A stretch of DNA of 64,000 nt from Candidatus Gastranaerophilales bacterium (GTDB lineage: Bacteria; Cyanobacteriota; Vampirovibrionia; Gastranaerophilales; Gastranaerophilaceae). The DNA is taken from positions 43,934 through 107,933 of the forward strand of contig CALUQO010000001.1 in assembly GCA_944322935.1 (NCBI GenBank), written 5' to 3'. Within the stretch, counting starts at the first letter, position 1. Every line of letters begins with the position of its first letter. The notes beneath the pieces are model-generated. The model did no database searches and was not told the DNA's origin. It was given only the letters and a program-made list of their open reading frames with translations. Below are positions 54,363 through 64,000 of the stretch, in pieces. The translations under genes were made by a program, and so were the position numbers.

Positions 54363-55981
54363 TATAAATTTTCTCTAAAAGAATTCAGGTCTATAATTTT
54401 GTTTACCTCCTGCGGAACATAATACGGGCAAGAGTTCCACAAGATTGTATCCATCGGCACATCGGTTTCTTTTTGTACAACCAGTCTGTTGCAGTATCCT
54501 TTGACCATATTTGTTGAACCATCCATTTTTAAATTAAAATAACCGCAGGACTGGCAAATTTTTATTCTGAAACCATGCTCGTTCAACTTATTCGATACTT
54601 CCTGTATTGCGTCGAGCATACGTATCTGTGATGATGAAGAGTATTTTTTCTTTTTAAATCGAAAAACAGCCTTAACAAGCCCGCTTTCCGATATTAAATC
54701 GAGTTTGCATTTTAAATTGTTTTTGCCGTCTGTAACCATAACATCAACTGTTGAAATTTCACGCTCTTCTTCAGGTTTTTTATGTGTAATTTTATTAACA
54801 AGAAGGCTTACAAGCGGTATGTGCATAAATATTTTCAGCAGCGAATAAATCGGGTAAACAAGAATATAACCGATATTTTGTTTTCCGATTTTTGAGGTAA
54901 ACAACGATACCAGAAATGCGGCGGTAAGTATAAAAGCAAAACCGAAAATCAGGTTAAAGTTAATTAATCCCGCAAGCAAAGCGGAAAGGCTGAATACTTT
55001 TGACTCTATATTAATAGTGTAAGATGATGTAAAGCTCAAAAGTCCGAAATATATAATCATAAGCAGCCAGAAATTCGGAGCAAGAATATTTATCAAAAAT
55101 TCTCCGAGTTTTGGTGTCGATTTTATTATCAAAGGCAGACAGTTCCATACCAATGAAAATTTAAATGATACGGCCTGTTTTCTGCATTTGTAATTGTCTA
55201 TTGATGTATAAGTTTTTATAAGCGGGCAGAATTTTGGTATAAAACCATTGCGCACCAGCAGTGTTGTATATTTCAGCTCGCTGTTGATATCTTTAAAGTC
55301 AACGCATTGAATTTTTTCAAGTACATTTTTTTTGATAACAAATATATCGGAATCAACTATGCTTGCCAGCCCCATTAAAGACCTTGAGCAGTTGAAAATT
55401 CTGTCAACATAAGAACGGTATGTTGTTCTTATTCCGTTAAGCAGGCATTTGCGCCGCACAATATAATCGGTGGAGCCGATTACAATATTTTCTCCGTGCA
55501 GGTTGGAATTTACGGAAGAAATAAAGTTTTCGTCAATATATCTGTCTGCACTCAAGAATAAAAAGGCATCAATATTTTGATAGGATAACAATCCTTCCAA
55601 AAGCCAGGATACGGATTCATCTTTTCCGACTGGGGCAATATCTCCGACACGCCATATTTTTGCACCGCCTATAAATTCAAGAATGTTAGATGAATTATCG
55701 GTGCAATGATCCAGAATAATGTGGATTTGGTAATTTTCCTTAGGATAATTCTGTTTATTCAATGCCTCTAAAAGTGGAACAATCGTAGATTCATTATTTC
55801 TTGCATAAATAACAACAACAATATTGTGAGGTTGTGCTGCCGCATTGTATTTCTGTTTCAACAAAAATCTTTTTGATTTTGTACTGTAAAAAACACAAAC
55901 AGCATAATATACTGAATAAACGGCAACATACAAAAATAATGCAGCAAGTAAAAATATTAATATAGTCATATATTTCCTCAT
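54362..55981 (-). CDS. membrane glycosyltransferase family 2 with a Cys-rich C-terminal domain
   Basis: N-terminal TM helix, GT-A core (VVVIYARNNESTIVPLLEAL..Q.YP, ILDHCTD), several TM helices, and a C-terminal CQSCGYF...GYC...WNSCPYY. Confidence 0.8.
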   Translation of the reverse strand: MRKYMTILIFLLAALFLYVAVYSVYYAVCVFYSTKSKRFLLKQKYNAAAQPHNIVVVIYARNNESTIVPLLEALNKQNYPKENYQIHIILDHCTDNSSNILEFIGGAKIWRVGDIAPVGKDESVSWLLEGLLSYQNIDAFLFLSADRYIDENFISSVNSNLHGENIVIGSTDYIVRRKCLLNGIRTTYRSYVDRIFNCSRSLMGLASIVDSDIFVIKKNVLEKIQCVDFKDINSELKYTTLLVRNGFIPKFCPLIKTYTSIDNYKCRKQAVSFKFSLVWNCLPLIIKSTPKLGEFLINILAPNFWLLMIIYFGLLSFTSSYTINIESKVFSLSALLAGLINFNLIFGFAFILTAAFLVSLFTSKIGKQNIGYILVYPIYSLLKIFMHIPLVSLLVNKITHKKPEEEREISTVDVMVTDGKNNLKCKLDLISESGLVKAVFRFKKKKYSSSSQIRMLDAIQEVSNKLNEHGFRIKICQSCGYFNLKMDGSTNMVKGYCNRLVVQKETDVPMDTILWNSCPYYVPQEVNKIIDLNSFRENL

Positions 55982-56218
55982 TATCAGAGCTTTTATGGGG
56001 TGATTGTCGACAATTGGGGCAGCTCTGCTGTACCTGCTTATTTTATAAAAAAAATGTTTAAAAATCCAGTCCCGACCCCAAAACTCCTACATGAGTATGA
56101 AATTAAAACAGCTATGCAACAATTCTAAAGCGTTTCTTAATAAATTGTAAACATCTTTGTCATGATTTTATATTTTATATATAATTTAGATAATCAATTA
56201 AAAGAAAAGGTTACTAAA

Positions 56219-56932
56219 ATGGCAGAAAATAAACTTCCATCAGGTGTTGGTAAAAAAATAGTTCAGGCACTTAAAAAACAAGCGGAAATTGAAATACAAC
56301 CCGTACCGGACAAGAAAGAAAATATTGTTTCACTCGAGGATGAAGCAACTATTCAGCCGGAAATATATGACAATGTTGCAAGTGATAATGTCAGCCTGGA
56401 CGATGAATTTTCTGATTTTTCAATGAATGATAATTCAGAGATAAATACCCTGCCTGACATGGAACTGTCTTTGGATTCCTCATCAAATGACAGTTTTGAT
56501 GATACTTTCCCGACTACACCTAAGATTAATTTTGAAGAAACGGATACGCATATGTTTGAAGAAAAAGAAGCCTTTCCACCTACCCAAAAGCTGAACATGA
56601 CTCAGCCGCAAAACAATTATTCAATGCCGGCTAATGTTGCTGTACTTAAAAGACTTATAATGCAGCTTCCGCAAGGAGTTTCCAAACAGACCGGTGCGCA
56701 AATTATACGTCAGACAATGGAAGCACTGGGAATTTCAATGAACAGTGTATTAAAAGAAGCTCAACAGGGGCAAGACAGCATAACAGCAAGTGCAAAAGCT
56801 TGTATGTCCACAATTGCTGAATACAGAAATCATATCAAAAATCTTGAAAAACAGGTACAGGATTACAAAAAGCAGGCTGTTGCTCTCAACGATCTTATCA
56901 GCTTGTTTGTTATGACTGACAAACACAACTAA
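56219..56932 (+). CDS. hypothetical acidic protein
   Basis: Start chosen at MAENKLPSG. The central region is Asp/Glu/Ser-rich and disordered, and the C-terminal ~90 aa are helical. The track ORF starts at 56162. Confidence 0.55.
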   Translation: MAENKLPSGVGKKIVQALKKQAEIEIQPVPDKKENIVSLEDEATIQPEIYDNVASDNVSLDDEFSDFSMNDNSEINTLPDMELSLDSSSNDSFDDTFPTTPKINFEETDTHMFEEKEAFPPTQKLNMTQPQNNYSMPANVAVLKRLIMQLPQGVSKQTGAQIIRQTMEALGISMNSVLKEAQQGQDSITASAKACMSTIAEYRNHIKNLEKQVQDYKKQAVALNDLISLFVMTDKHN

Positions 56933-56954
56933 AAATTGAAACTATGACAATAAA

Positions 56955-56986
56955 AAAGGTTAAAGCTTTCGGCTTTGGCCTTTTTT
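56955..56986 (+). terminator. rho-independent terminator
   Basis: AAAGGTTAAAGC-TTTCG-GCTTTGGCCTTT forms a 12-bp stem (two G-U pairs) running into TTTTTT. Confidence 0.75.
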
Positions 56987-57183
56987 ATTGTAAACTTTTT
57001 GTTCGCAATGCGGCGTGGTATGCTGAATGTCTATTTTATAATGGAAACAGGCATGTTTTTTTATATGGACGTATTGTTAAAAACGTGCCAAGGATTTGTA
57101 TATGTGACAATATGTTAAAGCCAAGCTAAAATCCCAAAAATAAACTATATGAAAATTATTTTATTCGGGCTAAAATAAAATTA

Positions 57184-58191
57184 ATGGATAGAATTTCGAT
57201 AATAGTACCTGTATATAATGTAGAAAATTATTTAGATGTTTGTTTGAACACAATACTTATGCAAACATTTAAAAATCTTGAAGTCATTTGTGTAAACGAC
57301 GGCTCAACGGATTCCAGCGGAATTATTCTTGAGAAATACGCAAAATTTGATGACCGCATAAAAGTGATACATCAGGAAAATCAGGGCCTTTCCGGTGCAA
57401 GAAATACCGGCATTGAAGCAGCCACGGGCAAATATATCATGTTTGTGGATTCCGATGATTATATCTCTCCTTTAATGGTGGAGAATTTACACAAAAATAT
57501 TGTAGAAAATGAAAGCGATTTTGTTTTTTGCAATCTGTGTTTGATAAAATCAGACTCAAATATCCCTGAAATCTGGGATTTTTTGAACAAAGAAAAGTTT
57601 TTTAAATATGTCACAAAAAATTATTTTTGTGAAGAAGACATGCCCCCTGAATTGTATTTTGACATGCATGTAAGTGCTTATGCAAAGTTGTACAGATACG
57701 ATTTTGTGAAGGATTTTCGTTTTCCGCGCGGATTGATTTTTGAGGATGTGCCGTATTTCGCACAGTGTTATCTGGCGGCTAAAAGGATATCATATGATTT
57801 TAATCCTTATTATTTTTACAGGGTGTTAAGAGAAGGTTCTATCATTTACAGTGCGGATCGCAGATTTACTGATATTTTTGAAATACAGCAGATAAGAAAC
57901 GGGGTTTTCAGAAAATACGGAAAGTATGAAAAGTACAAAACTGCTATTATGTCCGTACAAATCAAAGATTTGATTCAGAAAATATCCGTCACTCAGGGTG
58001 AAACACAAAAACAAATGTTTGAACTGTTAAAAATGCATTACGGGGACAGAGATTATTCCATGTTTAATATGGAACAGTTGAGAAAAGAAAAGACATTCCA
58101 GTTTTTGAGAATGATTGTAAATTTAAATTATGAAGATTTTAAAAAGGTTATGGAAACACTGAAACAAATGGGGAGCAGGGCTAATGCTTAA
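57184..58191 (+). CDS. glycosyltransferase family 2
   Basis: ISIIVPVYNVENYLDVCLNTILMQTF, VNDGSTD, GLSGARNTG and FVDSDD. Confidence 0.9.
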   Translation: MDRISIIVPVYNVENYLDVCLNTILMQTFKNLEVICVNDGSTDSSGIILEKYAKFDDRIKVIHQENQGLSGARNTGIEAATGKYIMFVDSDDYISPLMVENLHKNIVENESDFVFCNLCLIKSDSNIPEIWDFLNKEKFFKYVTKNYFCEEDMPPELYFDMHVSAYAKLYRYDFVKDFRFPRGLIFEDVPYFAQCYLAAKRISYDFNPYYFYRVLREGSIIYSADRRFTDIFEIQQIRNGVFRKYGKYEKYKTAIMSVQIKDLIQKISVTQGETQKQMFELLKMHYGDRDYSMFNMEQLRKEKTFQFLRMIVNLNYEDFKKVMETLKQMGSRANA

Positions 58192-59179
58192 AATTTCCGT
58201 GATTATACCTGTTTACAACTGCGAAAAGTATCTGCAGCAATGTCTGGATTCCGTTATTTTGCAAACCTATGAAAATCTTGAAATAATTTGCGTAAACGAC
58301 GGTTCCAAGGACAAGTCGCTGAAAATCCTGCAAAAGTACGCCAAAAATGACAGCAGAATAAAAATTATTACACAAACTAATCAGGGGCAAAGCGCAGCAA
58401 GAAATGCAGGCTTAAAGCAAGCAACAGGAGATTACATTTCCTTCGTTGATGCGGATGACTGGATATCTCTTTCGCTTTATCAAAAATTTGTCAACAGATT
58501 AAAGAAAATCAACCGCGATGTTGATATTTTTCTTTTTAATGCTTGCAATTACACTGATAAACCAAAATCAATTTATTTATCCAAATTTTTTGAGATAACG
58601 GAATGGAAAAATTTTCAATACACAAACTTTCTGCACAGGTTCGATGATTGCATGAACCCGTTCAGCGGTAACATGTCCGCTGTTAACAAAATATTCAGAA
58701 AGAGCTTTCTCACTGACAATAATATAGAATTTTGTCAGGGATTAATATTTGAGGATCAGCTTTTTTATCTTCAATCGTTTATAAAGGCTAAATCTATTCT
58801 TATAAGTGATGACCCGATGTATATGTATCGCAGGCAGAATTACTCTTCCACAATGAATTCTCTCGGGGACAAGGTTTTTGATATATTTAAAATAATAAAC
58901 AAAATGGAGTCTTTTTTGCTTAAAACAAATAATTACGAAGATTACAAATATGCTTTTTTTCAGCATAAATATATACAGTATTCCTTTTTGTTTTTTGAAA
59001 CCCCCTATTTTAAAAAGGAAAGGTTTTATGACGAGATGAAAGCCCGTCTTTTGATGACAAAAGAAGAAAAATTAAAAAAAGAGGTCTGCAAAAAACTTGT
59101 CGGCTACGATATATACGAGAGTATTCTTGACCTTGATTGGCGGGGTTTTTATAAAAAATATAAGGACATGAGGGTGTAA
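58184..59179 (+). CDS. glycosyltransferase family 2, tandem paralog
   Basis: ISVIIPVYNCEKYLQQCLDSVILQTY, VNDGSKD, GQSAARNAG and FVDADD. It overlaps the upstream gene by 8 nt. Confidence 0.9.
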   Translation: MLKISVIIPVYNCEKYLQQCLDSVILQTYENLEIICVNDGSKDKSLKILQKYAKNDSRIKIITQTNQGQSAARNAGLKQATGDYISFVDADDWISLSLYQKFVNRLKKINRDVDIFLFNACNYTDKPKSIYLSKFFEITEWKNFQYTNFLHRFDDCMNPFSGNMSAVNKIFRKSFLTDNNIEFCQGLIFEDQLFYLQSFIKAKSILISDDPMYMYRRQNYSSTMNSLGDKVFDIFKIINKMESFLLKTNNYEDYKYAFFQHKYIQYSFLFFETPYFKKERFYDEMKARLLMTKEEKLKKEVCKKLVGYDIYESILDLDWRGFYKKYKDMRV

Positions 59180-59305
59180 TTTGTCAGAATACGACCGGTA
59201 AGCGTTTTTAATCTTACTCTCAGACCGTAGGCAATTCAATGCGGAATCGGGGCAGTTGGCTATATGAAATATTCTAAAAAAACAAATTCCTGTTAAAATA
59301 AACTT

Positions 59306-60235
59306 ATGAAAGAGCTAGAGTATCTGAATATTATAAATAAAACTCTCGGCGACGCTTCTTTTCTGGGTGATGACTGTGCATACTTAAAAGAATTTGACCT
59401 TTGCATAACGCAAGATTCACTCATAGAAGGAGTGCACTTTTTGCTTGAAACAACAGACGCATACACGTTGGCCCAAAAAGCTGTAAATGTTAACCTTTCC
59501 GACCTTGCTGCGGCGGGTGCAAAGCCTCTTTATATAACAATTTCTTTGTCCTTTCCTCAAAGTATTGATAATTCTTTTATTGAAAATTTTTATAAAGGTA
59601 TCGAAACGGCTGTTTCAAAATACGGGGTTAAAGTAGCGGGCGGCGACCTCACCGGTGCTGATAAATTTTTTATTTCAATTTGTGCAATTGGTAAAAAATA
59701 CAACAATGTTAATGTCTCAAGACGAAATGCAAAAGCAGGTGATATAATTGTGCTTACAGGCCCGCACGGCAGCAGCGCGGGCGGTTTAAAACTGCTTTTA
59801 CAAGGAAAAAAAGAGCCTAAAACTCTTATAAACAAACATCTTTTGCCTTCTGCAAGGGTAGAAGAAAGCGAGCTGATTATGCAATGCGCCTTTGAATGCA
59901 AATTAAAAAATATTGCAATGACGGATTCCTCGGACGGTCTTGGCGATGCTTTGTACAAGTTATCAACTGGCTGCGGATATCTTTTTGACATAGACTTTGA
60001 ATCAATCCCTGCGGATGAGGAGCTTAAACAAACATTTCCGGACGAATGGAAAGAGCTGCTTATGTGGGGCGGTGAAGATTTTGAACTCGTTTTTTGTATT
60101 GATAAATTCGCATTTGAAAAATTGGACAAAACAAAATTCTTTAAAATCGGCACTGTGTCAAACAAACCCATTACAAAAGAAATAGCGCAAAAGATTGAGC
60201 AAAAATTTGAAAATAAAATTTTTAAGCACTTTTAA
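59306..60235 (+). CDS. thiL: thiamine-monophosphate kinase
   Basis: AIR-synthase-related fold with LGDDCAYL, NLSDLAAAGAKP, AGGDLTG and TDSSDGLGDAL. Confidence 0.85.
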   Translation: MKELEYLNIINKTLGDASFLGDDCAYLKEFDLCITQDSLIEGVHFLLETTDAYTLAQKAVNVNLSDLAAAGAKPLYITISLSFPQSIDNSFIENFYKGIETAVSKYGVKVAGGDLTGADKFFISICAIGKKYNNVNVSRRNAKAGDIIVLTGPHGSSAGGLKLLLQGKKEPKTLINKHLLPSARVEESELIMQCAFECKLKNIAMTDSSDGLGDALYKLSTGCGYLFDIDFESIPADEELKQTFPDEWKELLMWGGEDFELVFCIDKFAFEKLDKTKFFKIGTVSNKPITKEIAQKIEQKFENKIFKHF

Positions 60236-60247
60236 AGGATAAGAATA

Positions 60248-60907
60248 ATGAAATTTTCGGTAGTTATTACAGCAGGCGGTAGTTCCGCAAGATACGGAAA
60301 AAACAAACTCCTTGAAAAGATTAACAATAAAGAGGTTATACTTCACTCAATAGAAGCATTTTTGCCGTTTTATCCGGCTGAAATTGTTGTTTCCTCTTCA
60401 AAGGATTTTGAACCGGTATTAATACAACTTTTAAAAGAAAACAACATGCCGGACGTAAAAGTCGTTTTGGGCGGTTCAACAAGACAGGCATCTGTTTTTA
60501 ATGCATTAAAGGCCTGTGATAATGCGGACATTGTTGCAATACATGATGCGGCAAGGCCGCTTATTAAAAAAGAAGATATTGAAAAATGTCTTACAAAAGC
60601 TCTGGAAACCAAAGCAGCAATAGTAGGTGTCAGAGCTGTAGATACAATAAAAAAAACCGATGAAAATAATAAAATAACCCAAACGCCTGACAGAAAAACG
60701 CTCTGGTATGTGCAAACCCCGCAGATTTTTGATTACAATCTTATACTGCAGGCACATAAACAATTTGAAGGGCAAGGCTTTTCTGATGATGCAGGACTTG
60801 TTGAGGCACTTGGAAAACCTGTTTATATTAGTGAAGGCAGCTATTCAAATATAAAAATCACAACAAAAAAAGATATTTACCTTGCGCAAATGCTGTATGA
60901 AGCTTGA
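60248..60907 (+). CDS. ispD: 2-C-methyl-D-erythritol 4-phosphate cytidylyltransferase
   Basis: VVITAGGSSARYG..NKL, GGSTRQASV, IHDAARP, VQTPQIF, and about 220 aa. Confidence 0.9.
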   Translation: MKFSVVITAGGSSARYGKNKLLEKINNKEVILHSIEAFLPFYPAEIVVSSSKDFEPVLIQLLKENNMPDVKVVLGGSTRQASVFNALKACDNADIVAIHDAARPLIKKEDIEKCLTKALETKAAIVGVRAVDTIKKTDENNKITQTPDRKTLWYVQTPQIFDYNLILQAHKQFEGQGFSDDAGLVEALGKPVYISEGSYSNIKITTKKDIYLAQMLYEA

Positions 60908-61005
60908 GTACGTAAAAAATATATATGTGCCATATGCGTAACAAATATATTGAAATACTGTCAGTCAGCTTTAATTAATCGGTAGTCAATTACATCGCTG
61001 CGTGG

Positions 61006-63315
61006 TTATGCAAGCGAGCCTCTTGTGTAATCAGGCATGCTTGCCTGTTTCATATCCTCTTTAAATATTTTCATTGCTTGCTTAATATTATGGCTGAGTT
61101 TTTCAAATTCTTTTTGTTTGTTGTTTTGTTTAACCCAGTTGTCAAACATTTTTTCGAATTTTTCGCCCGTAATTATATCTGCATTTGCCAGAGGGCCGGT
61201 TGTGATTTTATCAATATATTCTTTTATAAAAGGTTCCGTAAACTCGGTAATCATATTTGCAATTTCCATACCTGTATTGGAATAACGGATGATGTCGTTT
61301 TTGATATCCGGTTTGAACAATTCAAAAGTAACACCGTTTGTATCACAGCCGATGTACTTTGTTTTAGAACCAAGACCCCATTCGGTTGTTGCCTGTAAAA
61401 TCAAGTCGGTGCAATTTTTGAGGTCGCTGGACACACCGTCAGTGTGACAGTCAAACAGACATTCCTCCACACTGTAACCGCCGTAGTTTACGGCAAGCCT
61501 GCTCAGCAGAGATTCTACGGTAATTCTGTTGTTGTCTGTTGGTTTCATCATTGTCAAACCTGCCGCATCACCCCTTGATTCGTTAACAATAAAGTCAAGC
61601 GCCTGCATTGGCTGTTTTGATTTTTGTGCTTCGTCTTTGAATACATTATTTAATACAATCTGGTTTATTGCATGGCCTGCTTCGTGTGCACGCGTTTTTT
61701 GCAGTTCATAGTCGGATTTTTCGCTGTCGTTTTTTATGCCTACAATAGCTTCCAGCTTGGCTTCCTGTATATCTTTAGCGGTTATGTAGGGCAATTGTCT
61801 GTCTTTGTATAGAGTTTTTCTGTAAGAACGTTTTATAACGTCAGCAAGTTCTGCGCCGGACATACCTGCGGAAGATTTTGCCAGTTCATCAAGCAGCTTA
61901 TTTTTTTCCGTGTCATTTTTAAACGGCTTATCTTTTGCATTAATTGCCAAAATTTCACGTCTTGCTTTTTCGCTGAACCTCGGGTCGTCAATTTTGAACT
62001 CCATATCGATACGCCCCTTGCGAAAAGCATTGTCAAACAGGTCACGTCTGTTTGTTGCAAATATGGTTATAACTTTTATATCGTTTTCTTCTTTAGACTG
62101 CACCCCATCCAATTCCCCGAGCAGTGCGTTTAAGGTTGCATCGCCTTCTCTGTTGGAAGACGCACCTCTTTTGCCTGCAATGGCATCTGCCTCGTCTATA
62201 AAGACTATTGCTGTTTTTGTTTCGCTTGCGCGTGCAAGCTTGCGGGCTTGTGCATAAAGCTCACGCACATTTTTGGCACCGGCTCCTACATAAATTTCGT
62301 TAAAGCTGCTGCCGTTAGTACTAATCAAAGGCACGCCGGCTTCTCCTGCAATTGCGGTAGCAAGAAGAGTTTTTCCGGTTCCCGGAGGGCCGAATAAGAT
62401 AATACCGCCAGGTTTGTCAGCATTTTTTACTTTAGGATTATTCAATATGTTCAGCAGTTCTTCCTGAATCTGTTTTTTTACATTGAACATACCGCCGACG
62501 TCGGAAAATCTGGTCTTTACGTGAGAATAAACTTTGAAATTTGATTTTGTTTTTTCTTTTGTTTCCTCGTCGGAGAGACGGGCTTTATCATTTTTTTTGT
62601 TTGTATTTTTAAGTGCATTCTGATATTTACCTGCAATTATCGGATTATCAAGCTCAAATTGAGCTCTTTCCGCTTCAAACTCCTGAGCAACCTGAGGATA
62701 GCCGGATTCTCTAAGCTCTTCAACAATATCAGTGTTAATCCCAAAGGTGTTTTTAGGCTGCATGTAATAAAATTCAGCCTGCTGTTCAGGTTTTAGTGTT
62801 TTGACGAGTGAAAAAATCTTGTGTGTTGTTAACAGAGTTTTGTCGTAATTAACAGACATAATCAGCGGCCCGTTCATTCTGTTTTTATCAGGAACGAGAA
62901 ACTTGAATTTTGTTGTATCATCCGTGTCTTCCGCTATATCAAGCAAGCTATTTGCTATATGTAATTTCCCTTCAACAAGAGCCATACTGAAAGGGGATTC
63001 CGGTGTTCCGTTGCGCGAGAGTAAAAAATGAGAAATAACAGTGTCGTTTTGATTATTTAAATCGTTGAAAAATGATTTTGCATCAAAGCCGTAATTTTTG
63101 ACCAGATTTTGTTTGTTTACATCAATATCGCTGTCTATAAGTTTTAGAAAATCTCTATAAAATTCCTCGGCTATATATCTGTCATTTATTCTTTTTCCGG
63201 TAAACGACGGGGACAAATATTCTTTATTCTCCCGTGCATATGGCCGTGAAATATATTGGCTTTTAGGCATTCCTCTGTTATTGGAATAGCTGCGGCTAAT
63301 GTATGTAACTTTCAT
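61006..63315 (-). CDS. FtsH-like AAA+ / M41 metalloprotease without transmembrane helices, with a novel N-terminal region and polar leader
   Basis: FSDVGG, Walker A GPPGTGKTL, Walker B VFIDEADAI, SRH ATNRRDLFDNAFRKGRID, and zinc site HEAGHAI with downstream YGGYSVEE. The first ~280 aa have no hydrophobic helix. The leader is MKVTYISRSY...SPSFTG. Confidence 0.85.
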   Translation of the reverse strand: MKVTYISRSYSNNRGMPKSQYISRPYARENKEYLSPSFTGKRINDRYIAEEFYRDFLKLIDSDIDVNKQNLVKNYGFDAKSFFNDLNNQNDTVISHFLLSRNGTPESPFSMALVEGKLHIANSLLDIAEDTDDTTKFKFLVPDKNRMNGPLIMSVNYDKTLLTTHKIFSLVKTLKPEQQAEFYYMQPKNTFGINTDIVEELRESGYPQVAQEFEAERAQFELDNPIIAGKYQNALKNTNKKNDKARLSDEETKEKTKSNFKVYSHVKTRFSDVGGMFNVKKQIQEELLNILNNPKVKNADKPGGIILFGPPGTGKTLLATAIAGEAGVPLISTNGSSFNEIYVGAGAKNVRELYAQARKLARASETKTAIVFIDEADAIAGKRGASSNREGDATLNALLGELDGVQSKEENDIKVITIFATNRRDLFDNAFRKGRIDMEFKIDDPRFSEKARREILAINAKDKPFKNDTEKNKLLDELAKSSAGMSGAELADVIKRSYRKTLYKDRQLPYITAKDIQEAKLEAIVGIKNDSEKSDYELQKTRAHEAGHAINQIVLNNVFKDEAQKSKQPMQALDFIVNESRGDAAGLTMMKPTDNNRITVESLLSRLAVNYGGYSVEECLFDCHTDGVSSDLKNCTDLILQATTEWGLGSKTKYIGCDTNGVTFELFKPDIKNDIIRYSNTGMEIANMITEFTEPFIKEYIDKITTGPLANADIITGEKFEKMFDNWVKQNNKQKEFEKLSHNIKQAMKIFKEDMKQASMPDYTRGSLA

Positions 63316-63421
63316 TATAAATAATCCTTAACACAATACTCTCTCAATAACCATTAAACAATCAAGCATGGGTTTTTTTGCTAATTTGTTAAGGAATATT
63401 AAGATAAATGTTACAATTGTA

Positions 63422-63652
63422 TTATAAATTTTGTGTCTCAGCAATGTTATCAGTGCCTATTTTTTGTAACAATTCTATGTATGCATTGTAACAGGGGCCG
63501 TGAGCAGGCATATACTCTTGCAATGTTTGCGCTTGAGGCTGTTTTGCGTGCAGAAAGATGCACAATGCTTTACCACAAAAATCTTCGGAGCCGGTTAAAC
63601 TATTTTCTTTTAACATGTAAATCTTACCGAACGAGGGTAAAAATGTCGTCAT
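63422..63652 (-). CDS. hypothetical small protein (weak call)
   Basis: 76-aa ORF downstream of the MFS gene on the same strand. An overlapping 89-aa plus-strand ORF is equally unconvincing. No family recognized. Confidence 0.3.
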   Translation of the reverse strand: MTTFLPSFGKIYMLKENSLTGSEDFCGKALCIFLHAKQPQAQTLQEYMPAHGPCYNAYIELLQKIGTDNIAETQNL

Positions 63653-63793
63653 TCAAGTATTTGCAAAAATTTTTGCTGTTAAAATTCAAGGCTGCCGGTT
63701 AAGATGGGCGGCAATAAAAAGCTGTTTTGCAGACCTTATTCTGGTGTTGTTTGTAATCTTTGGGTACAATACTGTTGAATATCCGCGCAGCCG

Positions 63794-64000
63794 TTATTTT
63801 TTAACGGAATCACGTTTAGGCACCTTAAGCAGGAACCCGAACGGAATCAAAATAAACGCAATCAGCGCAAACATCTCAAACACATCCACGTATGACATAA
63901 GCCTTGCCTGAGAAAGCATTTGTCTGTACAATAGCCCGCCTGCCTTGTGCGTTGCGTAATTTGATGCAAATTGCATAAAGTTTCCCGCCATGGAATGCAG
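63794..64000 (-). CDS. MFS transporter (EmrB/QacA-like), C-terminal end; gene runs off the window end
   Basis: The frame is open to the window end. The final TM helix and tail (YVDVFEMFALIAFILIPFGFLLKVPKR) look like the C-terminus of 14-TM drug-efflux MFS proteins. Confidence 0.6.
   Translation of the reverse strand: MHSMAGNFMQFASNYATHKAGGLLYRQMLSQARLMSYVDVFEMFALIAFILIPFGFLLKVPKRDSVKK

Noticed and set aside
56944-57129. 61-aa ORF upstream of the GT2 genes
   Set aside because: It begins inside a strong rho-independent terminator hairpin (56955-56986), has no RBS, and has an implausible composition.
1-64000. Prophage, integron, transposase, restriction-modification or known defence-system genes
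   Set aside because: I saw no integrase, transposase, capsid, terminase, methyltransferase-endonuclease pair, Cas, reverse transcriptase or toxin-antitoxin signature in any frame. The lone XRE regulator (20152..20466) has no partner toxin ORF.

Overview
This is a gene-dense, AT-rich 64-kb chromosomal segment (roughly mid-30s % GC by eye) from a bacterium with a Gram-negative-type envelope. The gene content suggests a non-photosynthetic cyanobacterial relative (Melainabacteria/Gastranaerophilales-like): kdsB, a cyanobacterial-type PDZ/radical-SAM DUF512 protein, NifU/NifS-type Fe-S assembly and an NDH-1-like nuoJKLMN cluster. That placement is inference only. Clear housekeeping genes are an MsmX/UgpC-like ABC ATPase, ruvB, kdsB, pgk, queC, metX-metW, glutamine-dependent nadE, nifU-nifS, rpsP, two plsC paralogs, dprA, thiL, ispD, an NfeD-SPFH-SPFH operon, a two-component pair and three GT2 glycosyltransferases. 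I found no rRNA, tRNA, CRISPR array, intact transposase or integrase. The observations most worth a second look are: (1) a 694-aa membrane protein with a full FlhA C-terminal (export-gate ring) domain on a non-FHIPEP N-terminus, next to an HExxH protein and a lytic transglycosylase that lacks a signal peptide; (2) a recurring non-hydrophobic N-terminal leader (M-K/Q-I/V ... [P/S/N]-[A/S]-F-x-G) shared by at least five otherwise unrelated proteins, including two soluble AAA+ proteins, one of them FtsH-like without TM helices; (3) a stand-alone nuoJKLMN cluster whose products appear to have lost canonical proton-pumping residues and whose NuoL is internally truncated; (4) a ~790-bp noncoding island bounded by long imperfect inverted repeats, containing two inverted hairpin modules with compensatory stem changes and a possible solo copy 11 kb away; (5) a protein built of four tandem GntR-type winged-HTH domains; (6) a gene interrupted by a single in-frame TGA. 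All homology calls were made by eye from motifs and need profile searches to confirm.
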